A stretch of 62,844 nucleotides of DNA, filler included, from Candidatus Ancaeobacter aquaticus (GTDB lineage: Bacteria; Auribacterota; Ancaeobacteria; Ancaeobacterales; Ancaeobacteraceae), in assembly GCA_030765405.1 (NCBI GenBank). It is 5 parts of 5 records of this genome, joined end to end, with 100 filler letters (N's around TTAATTAATTAA, not from the genome) between each part and the next. Parts side by side here need not be neighbours in the genome. Positions count along the whole stretch, not along the records: positions 1 to 8,901 come from JAVCCP010000034.1; positions 9,002 to 23,447 come from JAVCCP010000053.1; 3 more parts are not named here. One strand, 5' to 3'. Both the position numbers and the translations under genes were made by a program. The notes under the pieces are model-generated. The model was given only the letters and a program-made list of their open reading frames with translations. It ran no database searches and was not told where the DNA came from. Numbering within the stretch: the stretch's first letter is position 1; every line of letters starts with the position of its first letter. Of the stretch, positions 8,786 to 18,141 are shown one piece after another.

Positions 8786-8901
8786 GTCGAGTAGATATAA
8801 TATGGCCGTCACACTTAGACATGCTTTGTGTTCCCTGTTACTCTCCCCTTTCGGTTTGGAGAGTGTCACATTATTCTGTCTTATGCTTCGACTTCAACAC
8901 C
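8786..8901 (-). mobile_element. Probable 3' end (domain VI) of a group II intron, cut by the assembly gap
   Basis: Minus strand reads TGTGACACTCTCCAAACCGAAAGGGGAGAGTAACAGGGAACACAAA...CTACTCGAC, resembling extended domain VI and the 3' terminus of bacterial group II introns; domain V and RT not visible. Confidence 0.55.
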
Positions 8902-9001
8902 NNNNNNNNNNNNNNNNNNNNNNNNNNNNNNNNNNNNNNNNNNNNTTAATTAATTAANNNNNNNNNNNNNNNNNNNNNNNNNNNNNNNNNNNNNNNNNNN
9001 N
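8902..9001. other. Artificial contig linker
   Basis: 44 N + TTAATTAATTAA + 44 N, repeated four times in the window. Confidence 0.97.
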
Positions 9002-9113
9002 CTTTATTTCTTACAGCACAACAAGTTGATTAAGAAGTTATGTGGGTGAGACACTATTATAAAAACATAGGTTTAGTTGTGCAAATCCAATTGTAATATA
9101 TTATTAATACAAC

Positions 9114-9220
9114 ATGGATAAAGATGGGTAGGATTTTTTGGAAAACTATATTGGTAGGTTGGTTTCATATCGCAAGAACGAAAAGTTGTCACAGGAAGAT
9201 ATTGCATCAAGGTAGGGTAT
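9114..9220 (+). pseudogene. Degenerate XRE-HTH gene remnant
   Basis: MDKDG*DFLENYIGRLVSYRKNEKLSQEDIASR*GI resembles HTH helices 1-2, has two stops and ends at the palindrome. Confidence 0.35.
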
Positions 9221-9247
9221 CTAAATGGTAGCTGCTACCATTTAGAT
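9219..9247. repeat. 21-bp perfect palindrome, copy 1 (arms extended to 14 bp)
   Basis: ATCTAAATGGTAGC-T-GCTACCATTTAGAT; core at 9223-9243. Confidence 0.95.
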
Positions 9248-9440
9248 GCTTTGACCGTCTCAACGTTCTGCTGAGGATCGGTCTGCGCAAGGACAGGCGA
9301 AAGCCCGAGCCTACCCAGCAAAAGCATTATTGAAAGTGATAACCAAAAAATTCTGTGTTGCTTCACATTCCTATCCTTTTCGAATCTAACGCAAGTGATT
9401 CAACAGACCCATCATCACCGTAAACATAGTAGATTTTGTG

Positions 9441-10043
9441 TTAGGGGTTTTCAAACTCATTTTCTGCATTCAACATTTTAAGCTTTTCCTCAAACTTTGC
9501 CTTTTTCATTTTACCTTTATAGTTTTTTCCGTATAGTGACTTCTGAAAATATTTTACTAGTTTAAATGCATCCTTGCATTCGCGCATATTAGCTTCCGGT
9601 GATACTCTTATAAGAACTTCATTTTCATCTACGCTGACACTAACTCTACTCGTAGGAGCAAAGGTAAATATTTCACGTTGTTGTATACCTGTTAAAATAT
9701 ACCACTGCAAAGGTTTGCTCCATGAAAGAGGTTTCTTGAACTCCTTCAATATCTCATTGCTATCATTAATGGTTACTCTACTTAAATATTCATCTCTCTC
9801 TTGTTTCAATTTAACGTATTTATTGTCTTTAACTGCTTCAAATCCATTATTATCACTACGTTTCAAGGCATATTCATAAGCCAACCCTAGATCTATTAGT
9901 GTTTTTAATACTTTATCTGGTTTTATAGATTTGCTTTTCCTGAAATCACTAATGTGCTCAGCAGCCTCATACTCAATAAATAAATAAAATTCCTGACAGT
10001 ATCTATCTTCAAAAACCTTATTCTCTTCTTTCTTCTTCTCCAC
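9441..10043 (-). CDS. Hypothetical protein (element-borne)
   Basis: 200-aa open frame, AT-rich, no recognised motif. Confidence 0.55.
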   Translation of the reverse strand: MEKKKEENKVFEDRYCQEFYLFIEYEAAEHISDFRKSKSIKPDKVLKTLIDLGLAYEYALKRSDNNGFEAVKDNKYVKLKQERDEYLSRVTINDSNEILKEFKKPLSWSKPLQWYILTGIQQREIFTFAPTSRVSVSVDENEVLIRVSPEANMRECKDAFKLVKYFQKSLYGKNYKGKMKKAKFEEKLKMLNAENEFENP

Positions 10044-10269
10044 TTTATCCTCACATAGTTAAATGATTATCAAAATCACTATTCCGCTCCATTGTGGTTT
10101 TTTCTAATGGGTCTATTGTAACACTTATTGAAAAATATTGTATAAGGAATTAATAGAGACTAGCATGTATTCACTCCCTAGTCCTCCCTCATCGGTCGGT
10201 CCGGTCGTTCGTACATAAAGTAATTTCCAAAAAAGTTGCACTACCAGGAGAGATGGTTTTCTTTGTTAT

Positions 10270-10290
10270 AAATGGTAGCTGCTACCATTT
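10270..10290. repeat. 21-bp perfect palindrome, copy 2
   Basis: AAATGGTAGCTGCTACCATTT exact. Confidence 0.95.
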
Positions 10291-10377
10291 GTTTAATTCT
10301 CTCTCTTTTTCCCCGGGGTTCTATTCCGCACCAAAGTATAAGGATGGTAAGGAGCTGCAAAATAAATAGAGACAAAT

Positions 10378-10398
10378 AAATGGTAGCTGCTACCATTT
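10378..10398. repeat. 21-bp perfect palindrome, copy 3
   Basis: AAATGGTAGCTGCTACCATTT exact. Confidence 0.95.
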
Positions 10399-10423
10399 AG
10401 GAACATAAATTAAAGGAGAATAA

Positions 10424-10612
10424 ATGATAATACTGCTGTTGATATATTTGATTTTGGGAATTTTAGTGCTCATTTATGAATCAAAACAACCAATTTATAA
10501 GCAAGCATCTGTGACACGAAAAAAGAGTATTTTAAACATTATTGTAACTATAATATTTTGGCCATATCTTGTTTATCAAAATATTTGTCTTTTTTTTAGT
10601 AGACGCAAATAA
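10424..10612 (+). CDS. Small membrane protein, two hydrophobic segments
   Basis: AAGGAGA RBS, two TM-like stretches. Confidence 0.6.
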   Translation: MIILLLIYLILGILVLIYESKQPIYKQASVTRKKSILNIIVTIIFWPYLVYQNICLFFSRRK

Positions 10613-10777
10613 AAAACGAATTTACATATTGATTATTGAGGCAAAAGCAGGAATTGAAATTGAAACTTGTTAATAGTGTTTTTATAACGTTTTCTGATTG
10701 TGTTTATATTTTGATTTATCCCTTGCAGAAAACTATAGTGCAAACAGGGGTAGTTTGATGAAAGGAGATTATAAGAT

Positions 10778-11128
10778 ATGATTTGCCATTATTGTCAAAA
10801 GAATGAATCATTGGATGAAGAGATTGTAAATACATACACAAAAGAGATGCATCCAACATGTGCAGTTTGTAAATTAGAATTTGAATTAGTTGTCAAAACA
10901 CAAAAAAAATATAATACCATAAAAAGAATTGGCAATATTTTACTATTAGGTAGTATTGTTGGTTTTGTATTCTATGATTGGCGTGTCGGAAGTATATTGC
11001 TGGTGCTTGGTGGGATTATCAGATATTTATATTTTGAACTTGTAAGTCGGGAAGGCCCAAAAAATACTAAATTGATTAAGAAATTTGCAAAAGAAGAAGG
11101 GTTATTTTCTTTTCACAGGGATTATTAA
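10778..11128 (+). CDS. Hypothetical membrane protein with N-terminal CxxC...CxxC
   Basis: AAGGAGA RBS, CHYC and CAVC, two TM-like stretches. Confidence 0.65.
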   Translation: MICHYCQKNESLDEEIVNTYTKEMHPTCAVCKLEFELVVKTQKKYNTIKRIGNILLLGSIVGFVFYDWRVGSILLVLGGIIRYLYFELVSREGPKNTKLIKKFAKEEGLFSFHRDY

Positions 11129-11188
11129 TATCGTTCATAGTCATACGAGAGAAATCATTATAATATTATATAGATGTTACTATAAACT

Positions 11189-11356
11189 TGTGCCCAAATT
11201 GTGCCCATCTTAGTCCAAAACAATGGGTAACAAAGGGAAACAAAAAGAAATAACCAGACACACCTAAATAGTTGTTGTTAAAGTGGTAACGCTGTAATAC
11301 GCTATGTATTAAGGAGATAGGGAGATGGTCTTTATAGAACCCCCCCCTCTCCGCCA
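11189..11356 (+). mobile_element. Attachment-site remnant of a tRNA-targeting integrative element
   Basis: Arm-type direct repeat TGTGCCCA (11189-11196, 11200-11207), then GAACCCCCCCCTCTCCGCCA (11337-11356), 18/20 to a typical tRNA-Ser 3' end GAATCCCTCCCTCTCCGCCA. Confidence 0.55.
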
Positions 11357-11379
11357 CTAAGACTGTAAAAGTCACAAGT

Positions 11380-11417
11380 AAATGGTAGCTGCTACCATTT
11401 ATGGATTGCTACCATTT
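11380..11417. repeat. 21-bp perfect palindrome, copy 4, plus an extra half-site
   Basis: Exact copy at 11380-11400 and GCTACCATTT at 11408-11417. Confidence 0.95.
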
Positions 11418-11428
11418 GTGGTTTAAAC

Positions 11429-14400
11429 TTGAAAAATATGAGTTATGAAAAAGGGGTCTATATGTTAGATTGGACAAAAATTGAGAACCCTATTATTTTC
11501 CAAAGGCTAATTAGTCAACTTGTTTCATTAGAGTGTCACACCCCTGGGTTCTTACCATCTAGTCCTTATATTGGAGCTGATGGTGGGTATGATGCCTATG
11601 TTGACAAATATCCTGAAGAAAATATCTCTGGGGAAATATGCATACAAGCTAAGTATACTAAACATAATCTTAAGGATGCATATAATATTTTACGTACTGA
11701 GATGAATAAAGAGCTTAAGAAAGCTAAAAAAAATAGAATATCTCATTTGATATTAGCAACAAATGCAGAGTTAAGCATTCCATACATAAAAAAACTGCTC
11801 AAGGTTAATAAGTTTAAAGACATTTCTCTACGCATATGGGATCGTGAACAATTGACATTGAAGATTGAGAAGCAACCATTCTTAAAATGTCGGTTTTTTA
11901 ACTATCCTGCTATCCCTTTATTTGTTCCAGCAACTACATTTTTTGAAGAAGTAGAAAATAAATTAGCATCTGTTAGCCTTATTGAAGAGGTCCCAAGTAT
12001 CAATAATAGAATAAATGAATTCATTTCATTCTTAAATAATGAAAAAAAGAACATATTTATATTACAGGCCCCCGGTGGATATGGAAAAAGTCATTTTTTG
12101 AGAGAAATCCCCAAGATAATGGGAAGGTTAAGTTCAGATCGAGAGGTTTGGTTTATTAGGATCGGTGTGCGTGATATCCAAGAAGCTTTCAACGACGAAA
12201 TAGGTGCCCGAGAAAACGCTAACAATAAGCACAAGTACTTATTCGTCTTAGACGATACAGATCGTGTAGATGACATTGAAAATATACTTCTATGCATAAC
12301 AAATACTGGGATCGATGCGAAGCTAGTGTTAGCCTTAAGGACATCAGGAATGTCTGCATTAGATGATATCTTAATATCCACAAATTGCAGAAGTCAATCA
12401 GTTGTCACTTCTATTCCACAATGGACAGATAGTGAATTGAACATATTATTAAAAACTATAGCCAAAAAAGACGACATTAAAGATATTGATTTAATAGTCA
12501 GAAGATACCGAAATCCTTTTTTTATCGTCAAAATTGGGGAACGTATAAGAGATATTGATAATTTTGATTATGCTTCTTTTAAAGAAACTATTGTTGAATC
12601 AGTAATCAGTGACTCGAAAAGAATTCTCTCTGACAATATAGATGCTGATTGTTTATTACTCCACCTTAGTTTAATTAGTCCAATTAACATTTCTGATACT
12701 CGCACTATAGATAAACTATCAGAAGAATTAAAAGTTGATGTAAAAGAACTAACGGCCTCACTGCATCAATTAGGTAAAAGCGGTGTGTTACGATCAATTG
12801 GAAATATTTTTAGATTTACCCCAGATATGACAGGTGATGTTTTTCTCTTAGATAAAATGCATTTCCTGAGCGAGGGCGAGCGAAAGAAAATATTTCTGTA
12901 TTGGTTTGATACTCATTCCAAAAACATATTCTGCAATTTAGGATCCACAATTAGATATGGTGATAGCGATTACTTATTGCCAATTTTGAATGATGTTATC
13001 TCGAGTTGGATAACCAATACATCAAAATATGATGACTATGATAAAAGGCTTATACTTGAAAATCTTGAAGCAATATGCGCTAAAGTGCCTGATAAAAGTT
13101 TAGACCTGCTTTGGGCCTTTCTGGATAATTCAACACTAACAACAGACGCATATGGGCCCGTAATAAACAAATTGATCCATAGTGATTTTAATCGAAGTGA
13201 TATTATAAAAATTATTGTAGCAATGATAAATGAATGCAAGGGTGGCACGTATGACAATTATAAGCCAAGCACTTTAATCAAAGAATGTGTCTGCCCTCTT
13301 GACAATGACATAGAAAGCCAAATATTGCCATCAATGTCCATTCTCGAGGGATTCTTAAATAGTGATGATAATACAGATGAAATAGAACTATTAAAAGTAG
13401 CATGTGCTGAAATTTTAGCCTCTGCACATGAATTTAGAAGATCGTCCGATGATAAGCTCGAAATTGGAAGCAAAGTATTAAATATGACAGATCATGTGAT
13501 AAAAATGCGAGATACTGGGGTATTAATTATAAAAAAAATGCTCAAAAGCAAACATGCTTTTGTGCGAATAAAAGCTGTTGAAGTAATTGAGTCTATCGGA
13601 AAGGGATATATGGGGCTTGGACCAACCACCATTCCTTTGAAAGACAAAATTATTGCAGAAAGAGAAGATATTTTGTGCTTCATCGTAAATGAAAATATTG
13701 TTGATAATGAAAAGGAATTAGATGTTTTAAGTACTTTTGAAGATTTGGTTTTTCATTTTTGGGCCAGAAAGGATGTGCCAGATGAAATAATAGTTCCATT
13801 GTTTGATAAATTTACTTATACACCTGAATATCGTATTTTTCGATACTATTCATCACGATGGGGCATTTGTGGAGATGTAAAGCCACAGCTGGGCAGTGTT
13901 CCCCCATCTAAAGAACGATGGAACTGGGCTGTGGATAATTTATTACATAGCAATATAAATTTAAAGCCCGAAGACTTTACTAAGGAAGTAATTTTTTTAA
14001 ATCAAAAATATTCTACTCCATCAAGTATTGCCATTTTTCTTCATGAGTTAAATGAGAAAGCTAATGTGGTTTCTGCAACTGCTCCATTTTTAAGAGAATG
14101 GTTTAAGCATAATCCTGAAGCATTTAAACTTCTCCGCTTTGAGACTGCAGCATGGAGTAAAGTTCCTCTAATTTTTAAATATACCATTTTTTATGATCTA
14201 GTACATGCATATCCTGAAGCAGTAAAAAGAATTATAGATGAAGTTTTATTAGCACAAGAAATCCCATTAGATGAGGCAAAAATAGCCTTAGATATTTTCT
14301 CATATGATTTACCTGGAATTGATAGAATCAATATTGCAGACATAATATCTAATAAAAAGATAGATGAATTAAACCTTATAATTCTTGAAAAAATAAGATC

Positions 14401-15268
14401 AATATCTAAAAATAATTCAGCTAAAGAAATAGCAGAAATCACATTAATAGTGTTGAAACAATTGAGTTTAGAATCTAAATTGAAGGCTATATACCACATT
14501 GCTTTTATTTTGTTCGATAAAACAAAAGAATACAAAAAAGAATTTTTGAATATAACTGGAGAGGAATTGAGAAACACGCTTATTTCTAATAGGAAATTAG
14601 ATCATTACGATTTTGAAATATTGTCTCTTATTGTTGATAACGTAAATAAGTTAGTAGATTTTATCAATGTGCGCTTGGAAAAAGAAAACGAGGTTAACAA
14701 GCATTCAGAATACGAAGCAGTTCCCTTTGATGGCATAACTATAATTTCAAAAAGAATCAAAAATATAGATGATTATTTATTTGTTTTAAAGCACGTTCTG
14801 CAATGGGATAAAAAATATAGTGGGCTAACATATTATAGTGTTTCAAAAATATTCGACCAAATTGCAACATTAAGAAATGAATCCAACGAATTATATTTAG
14901 AAAAAAGCGTAAAAACATTTTTTAATAAACAAAAGTTTAGAGAATTACTGGATTGTTTGTTTCATTTACCATTAATACCAAATAATATGCATATATTTGC
15001 AGATGCTATAAGCAAAAGTAAAGTATTTGGATACGAGGAGAATATGACAAAATTGCTACGTGACAAGCTTTACCCGGAGGGCGGATGGTTCTCTTCTGTT
15101 GGTGAAACCCCCAAAGCATTTATAGATAAAAAAAATGTCTTTAAGAAGTTAGCTGAAGTCGCTCCGCGTGGGTTGTTAAAAAATTGTTTGGAAGAATGCT
15201 TAATCAGTGTTGATAAAATGATAAACAAGCATAAAGACGATGAGGAAAATAGATTTCATTCTAAATAA
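11429..15268 (+). CDS. Mrr-like nuclease + STAND-type P-loop NTPase + long helical C-terminus (Avs/NLR-like)
   Basis: GADGGYDAY...IQAK nuclease motif, IWDREQL, Walker A APGGYGKS, Walker B FVLDD; start may be ATG 11438 or 11462. Confidence 0.75.
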   Translation: MKNMSYEKGVYMLDWTKIENPIIFQRLISQLVSLECHTPGFLPSSPYIGADGGYDAYVDKYPEENISGEICIQAKYTKHNLKDAYNILRTEMNKELKKAKKNRISHLILATNAELSIPYIKKLLKVNKFKDISLRIWDREQLTLKIEKQPFLKCRFFNYPAIPLFVPATTFFEEVENKLASVSLIEEVPSINNRINEFISFLNNEKKNIFILQAPGGYGKSHFLREIPKIMGRLSSDREVWFIRIGVRDIQEAFNDEIGARENANNKHKYLFVLDDTDRVDDIENILLCITNTGIDAKLVLALRTSGMSALDDILISTNCRSQSVVTSIPQWTDSELNILLKTIAKKDDIKDIDLIVRRYRNPFFIVKIGERIRDIDNFDYASFKETIVESVISDSKRILSDNIDADCLLLHLSLISPINISDTRTIDKLSEELKVDVKELTASLHQLGKSGVLRSIGNIFRFTPDMTGDVFLLDKMHFLSEGERKKIFLYWFDTHSKNIFCNLGSTIRYGDSDYLLPILNDVISSWITNTSKYDDYDKRLILENLEAICAKVPDKSLDLLWAFLDNSTLTTDAYGPVINKLIHSDFNRSDIIKIIVAMINECKGGTYDNYKPSTLIKECVCPLDNDIESQILPSMSILEGFLNSDDNTDEIELLKVACAEILASAHEFRRSSDDKLEIGSKVLNMTDHVIKMRDTGVLIIKKMLKSKHAFVRIKAVEVIESIGKGYMGLGPTTIPLKDKIIAEREDILCFIVNENIVDNEKELDVLSTFEDLVFHFWARKDVPDEIIVPLFDKFTYTPEYRIFRYYSSRWGICGDVKPQLGSVPPSKERWNWAVDNLLHSNINLKPEDFTKEVIFLNQKYSTPSSIAIFLHELNEKANVVSATAPFLREWFKHNPEAFKLLRFETAAWSKVPLIFKYTIFYDLVHAYPEAVKRIIDEVLLAQEIPLDEAKIALDIFSYDLPGIDRINIADIISNKKIDELNLIILEKIRSISKNNSAKEIAEITLIVLKQLSLESKLKAIYHIAFILFDKTKEYKKEFLNITGEELRNTLISNRKLDHYDFEILSLIVDNVNKLVDFINVRLEKENEVNKHSEYEAVPFDGITIISKRIKNIDDYLFVLKHVLQWDKKYSGLTYYSVSKIFDQIATLRNESNELYLEKSVKTFFNKQKFRELLDCLFHLPLIPNNMHIFADAISKSKVFGYEENMTKLLRDKLYPEGGWFSSVGETPKAFIDKKNVFKKLAEVAPRGLLKNCLEECLISVDKMINKHKDDEENRFHSK

Positions 15269-15279
15269 GAGAGGATTGT

Positions 15280-15834
15280 ATGATTATTTTTCGAGAAGAA
15301 ATATTTAAAATCATTGTACGAAGATATCCTAATGAAGTTCGAGAAGAGCATCTTCTTTCTGAATTGGAATATTCTTTTCCTGAAAAGCATCTAGAACGTG
15401 AAGCCAAAAATGCTTTAATTGAACTGCTAGAGAAAAAAATTATAGATAAACATATTCATCCATATTCTCATCAGGGATATGAAGAGGAAATAACCAGCTA
15501 TTTCCTAACACGGGATGTTTATAGAAATATCAACCGAATTAAAATTGGGAATAAACATTTTATTCGTTTGCTTGATAAGGATCGTTTCAGGGTAGATGAT
15601 ATAAATTATTTGGTAGAAGAATTATCAAATTGCTCAGATGAAACAAATAAAAGGATTGATAAATTACATGCATCAATAAATAATACCAAAAAAGATATTT
15701 CTAAAGAAGTATTCGATGAAATCAAAAAATCTATAAGGTGGTGGAGTTTCTTTCTAATTGCTATTTCAGGATTGATTATCGCAATAATTGTTAACAGGAT
15801 TAAAATATGTGAATTTTTTAAAGATTTACTTTAA
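15280..15834 (+). CDS. Hypothetical protein with C-terminal TM helix
   Basis: GAGG RBS, 11 nt after the STAND gene; wHTH-like N-terminus, coiled coil, hydrophobic C-terminal segment. Confidence 0.65.
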   Translation: MIIFREEIFKIIVRRYPNEVREEHLLSELEYSFPEKHLEREAKNALIELLEKKIIDKHIHPYSHQGYEEEITSYFLTRDVYRNINRIKIGNKHFIRLLDKDRFRVDDINYLVEELSNCSDETNKRIDKLHASINNTKKDISKEVFDEIKKSIRWWSFFLIAISGLIIAIIVNRIKICEFFKDLL

Positions 15835-15948
15835 AATGATAAAATTAAATACACCATCTTTTTAATGTAATATAATTTGCTATATATACTATTTTATGGA
15901 CTACAAAAAGGGAAAGCACCTATTTAAACAAAAAATAAGGAGTACTTT

Positions 15949-16227
15949 ATGGCCGCAAAAAAGACCCAGCCACCAAAAACGAAAAGAACTGTCATAGTAC
16001 ATAAAAAAGATATTAAGGTAGATAATATCTTTCAGTTGCTAAGTGTTGTTGAGAACAATATTCAGGAGCTTAACAGAATGTATGCAGAGCTTCCCGGTAG
16101 TAATCATAGGGATGTCGGCGGACGGATGAAACCAACAACAAAACAAATTGAAATAGCAAAACAGATCAAAAGCGCTCAAGCTAGAGCAGATAGATTAATG
16201 AGGATAATTGAAAAGCAAGGGTTTTAA
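15949..16227 (+). CDS. Small basic hypothetical protein
   Basis: AAGGAG RBS, 92-aa open frame. Confidence 0.65.
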   Translation: MAAKKTQPPKTKRTVIVHKKDIKVDNIFQLLSVVENNIQELNRMYAELPGSNHRDVGGRMKPTTKQIEIAKQIKSAQARADRLMRIIEKQGF

Positions 16228-16305
16228 GACGCACCCTTAAATGAAACTTGTGATTTTAAAGGGCATTCGTATAGTAATTATTATGTTTAAATAAGGATTA
16301 TAAAT

Positions 16306-18132
16306 TTGATTGAAATAAAAAAAATTGAAATTTATTATTTTCGTTCAATTTACAGCTTAAAAAATGATAATTTAAAGGATTTAACAATATATGCCGGTAA
16401 AAACGATATTGGAAAATCTAATATTCTAAAAGCATTAAACTTATTTTTTAACGGTAAACCGGATTGGGATACTGCTTTTGATTTCAAAAAAGATTTTTCC
16501 TATAAAAGAAAAAACGAATCGATTAAATTAAAAACACGCCAGTTTATTCGTATTGCAATTCGGTTTAAAAGAGGCGATCGTTATCAAAATAGTTTACCTG
16601 AAGAATTTACTATAACACGCACATGGTATCGCAATTCACCTGTTCCAGATGAAAAAAATTCTCTTATGAGAGAGCACAAAAAAGAGAAAAAACCAAAATG
16701 GTCTATTGGGCGAGCTAATGCCAGTCTTCAAAGGTATCTTAATACTATGAAATTTGAGTATATACCCGCAATCAAAGATAATTTATTTTTTGCGTACATG
16801 TTAGGACGCTTACAGCATATAATTTTTGCAAAAGGCTCCAATGAGTCTACAGTTAAAGAATCAATAGAAGGATTGAATAGTACGATTTCATCTGAAATTA
16901 AGAATCTTCAAGAGGAATTTGCGCTTATTACAAAAATAGATACCCAAATTAATTTACCTGAAAAGTTGTCTGATTTATTTAAAGCATTTACTGTGAGTAC
17001 AAAGGAACAAGGAGGACATCTTCCATTACAGCAACGAGGAGATGGTATTCGCACAAGATTTATACCGTCTTTACTGCACCATATCTCGCAGAATTCAAAG
17101 CTATATTTCATTTGGGGTTTTGAAGAACCTGAGAACAATCTTGAATATTCTCTAGCAATCGAATTAGCAGAAAAAATGGCTAAAGAATATTCTCGAGATT
17201 CTCAAATATTTATAACAACTCATTCCCCTGCTTTCTTTTCTTTAACAGATAAGAATGTAACCGTATATCGTGTTTTTAAAAATGATATTGGTACAGCATG
17301 CATAAATCTAGCTATTAATAGTCAAGAAACGTCTGATCAATTATGGGTTGAAATGGGGCTTATGGAATTTCAAATCAAATCGCAGAACGAATATCGAAAG
17401 AAACTTGATCTTTTAAAGAAAGAACAAGAAGAATTAGAAAAAATAAGAAAAGAGAGCAACATGGCAAATATGCCAGTTTTACTAACCGAGGGAAAATGGG
17501 ACGAATTAATACTTAATAGTGCATGGTCCAAACTCTACCCTAATCAAAAGATTCCTTTTAAAATTATATGTTCTGATCCGTATCAAGGAGCGAGTGCAAA
17601 TTCTTTTGGAGGGGTGGATATAGTTAAACGTAGCTTAGAGTCAACACGTAAAGATCAGGAATTCACCGTAGGATTGTTTGATAGAGATGTGACAGGATAC
17701 AATAAAGGATTCAAAGGTTTAAGTAATAATTTCTCTGACAGCTCTTTTAGTGAAAATGTAAAAATTCATAAAGCCGGAACTTCTGCAGCCATAGTTTTGC
17801 CCGCTATAGAAAGCCGTCGGGAACATGCTGCGGTATATAATCTTGAAATTGAATTTTATTTTGATGATCCATATTTGCAAAAGAAAATCGAAAAAAAAGG
17901 ATTGGAGCTAAAACCTAGGCTAATAAAAACTACTGTTATTGGAACAAGCGTAGAGGAGATTGTTAATGCGACCGAACCTCATTTGTTTAAAATAGTAGAC
18001 TCGACTAAAAAGTATTTTGCGGAGAAAATAGTTCCTACACTACCAAAAGAAGCTTTTATTAATTTTGAAATACTTTTTGATTTAATAAACACTACTATGA
18101 ATTATTCTAAAAAATCAAAACATAACAAATAA
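16306..18132 (+). CDS. OLD-family ATP-dependent nuclease (ABC ATPase + TOPRIM)
   Basis: GKNDIGKSN, RGDG signature, FEEPENNL, ITTHSP; TOPRIM LLTEGKWD and GLFDRD. Confidence 0.8.
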   Translation: MIEIKKIEIYYFRSIYSLKNDNLKDLTIYAGKNDIGKSNILKALNLFFNGKPDWDTAFDFKKDFSYKRKNESIKLKTRQFIRIAIRFKRGDRYQNSLPEEFTITRTWYRNSPVPDEKNSLMREHKKEKKPKWSIGRANASLQRYLNTMKFEYIPAIKDNLFFAYMLGRLQHIIFAKGSNESTVKESIEGLNSTISSEIKNLQEEFALITKIDTQINLPEKLSDLFKAFTVSTKEQGGHLPLQQRGDGIRTRFIPSLLHHISQNSKLYFIWGFEEPENNLEYSLAIELAEKMAKEYSRDSQIFITTHSPAFFSLTDKNVTVYRVFKNDIGTACINLAINSQETSDQLWVEMGLMEFQIKSQNEYRKKLDLLKKEQEELEKIRKESNMANMPVLLTEGKWDELILNSAWSKLYPNQKIPFKIICSDPYQGASANSFGGVDIVKRSLESTRKDQEFTVGLFDRDVTGYNKGFKGLSNNFSDSSFSENVKIHKAGTSAAIVLPAIESRREHAAVYNLEIEFYFDDPYLQKKIEKKGLELKPRLIKTTVIGTSVEEIVNATEPHLFKIVDSTKKYFAEKIVPTLPKEAFINFEILFDLINTTMNYSKKSKHNK

Positions 18133-18141
18133 TTGATTATA

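Noticed and set aside
8946..8957. TTAATTAATTAA palindrome (also in three other gaps)
   Set aside because: Always centred in 44+44 Ns; a scaffolding linker with stops in all frames. ORFs crossing it are artefacts.
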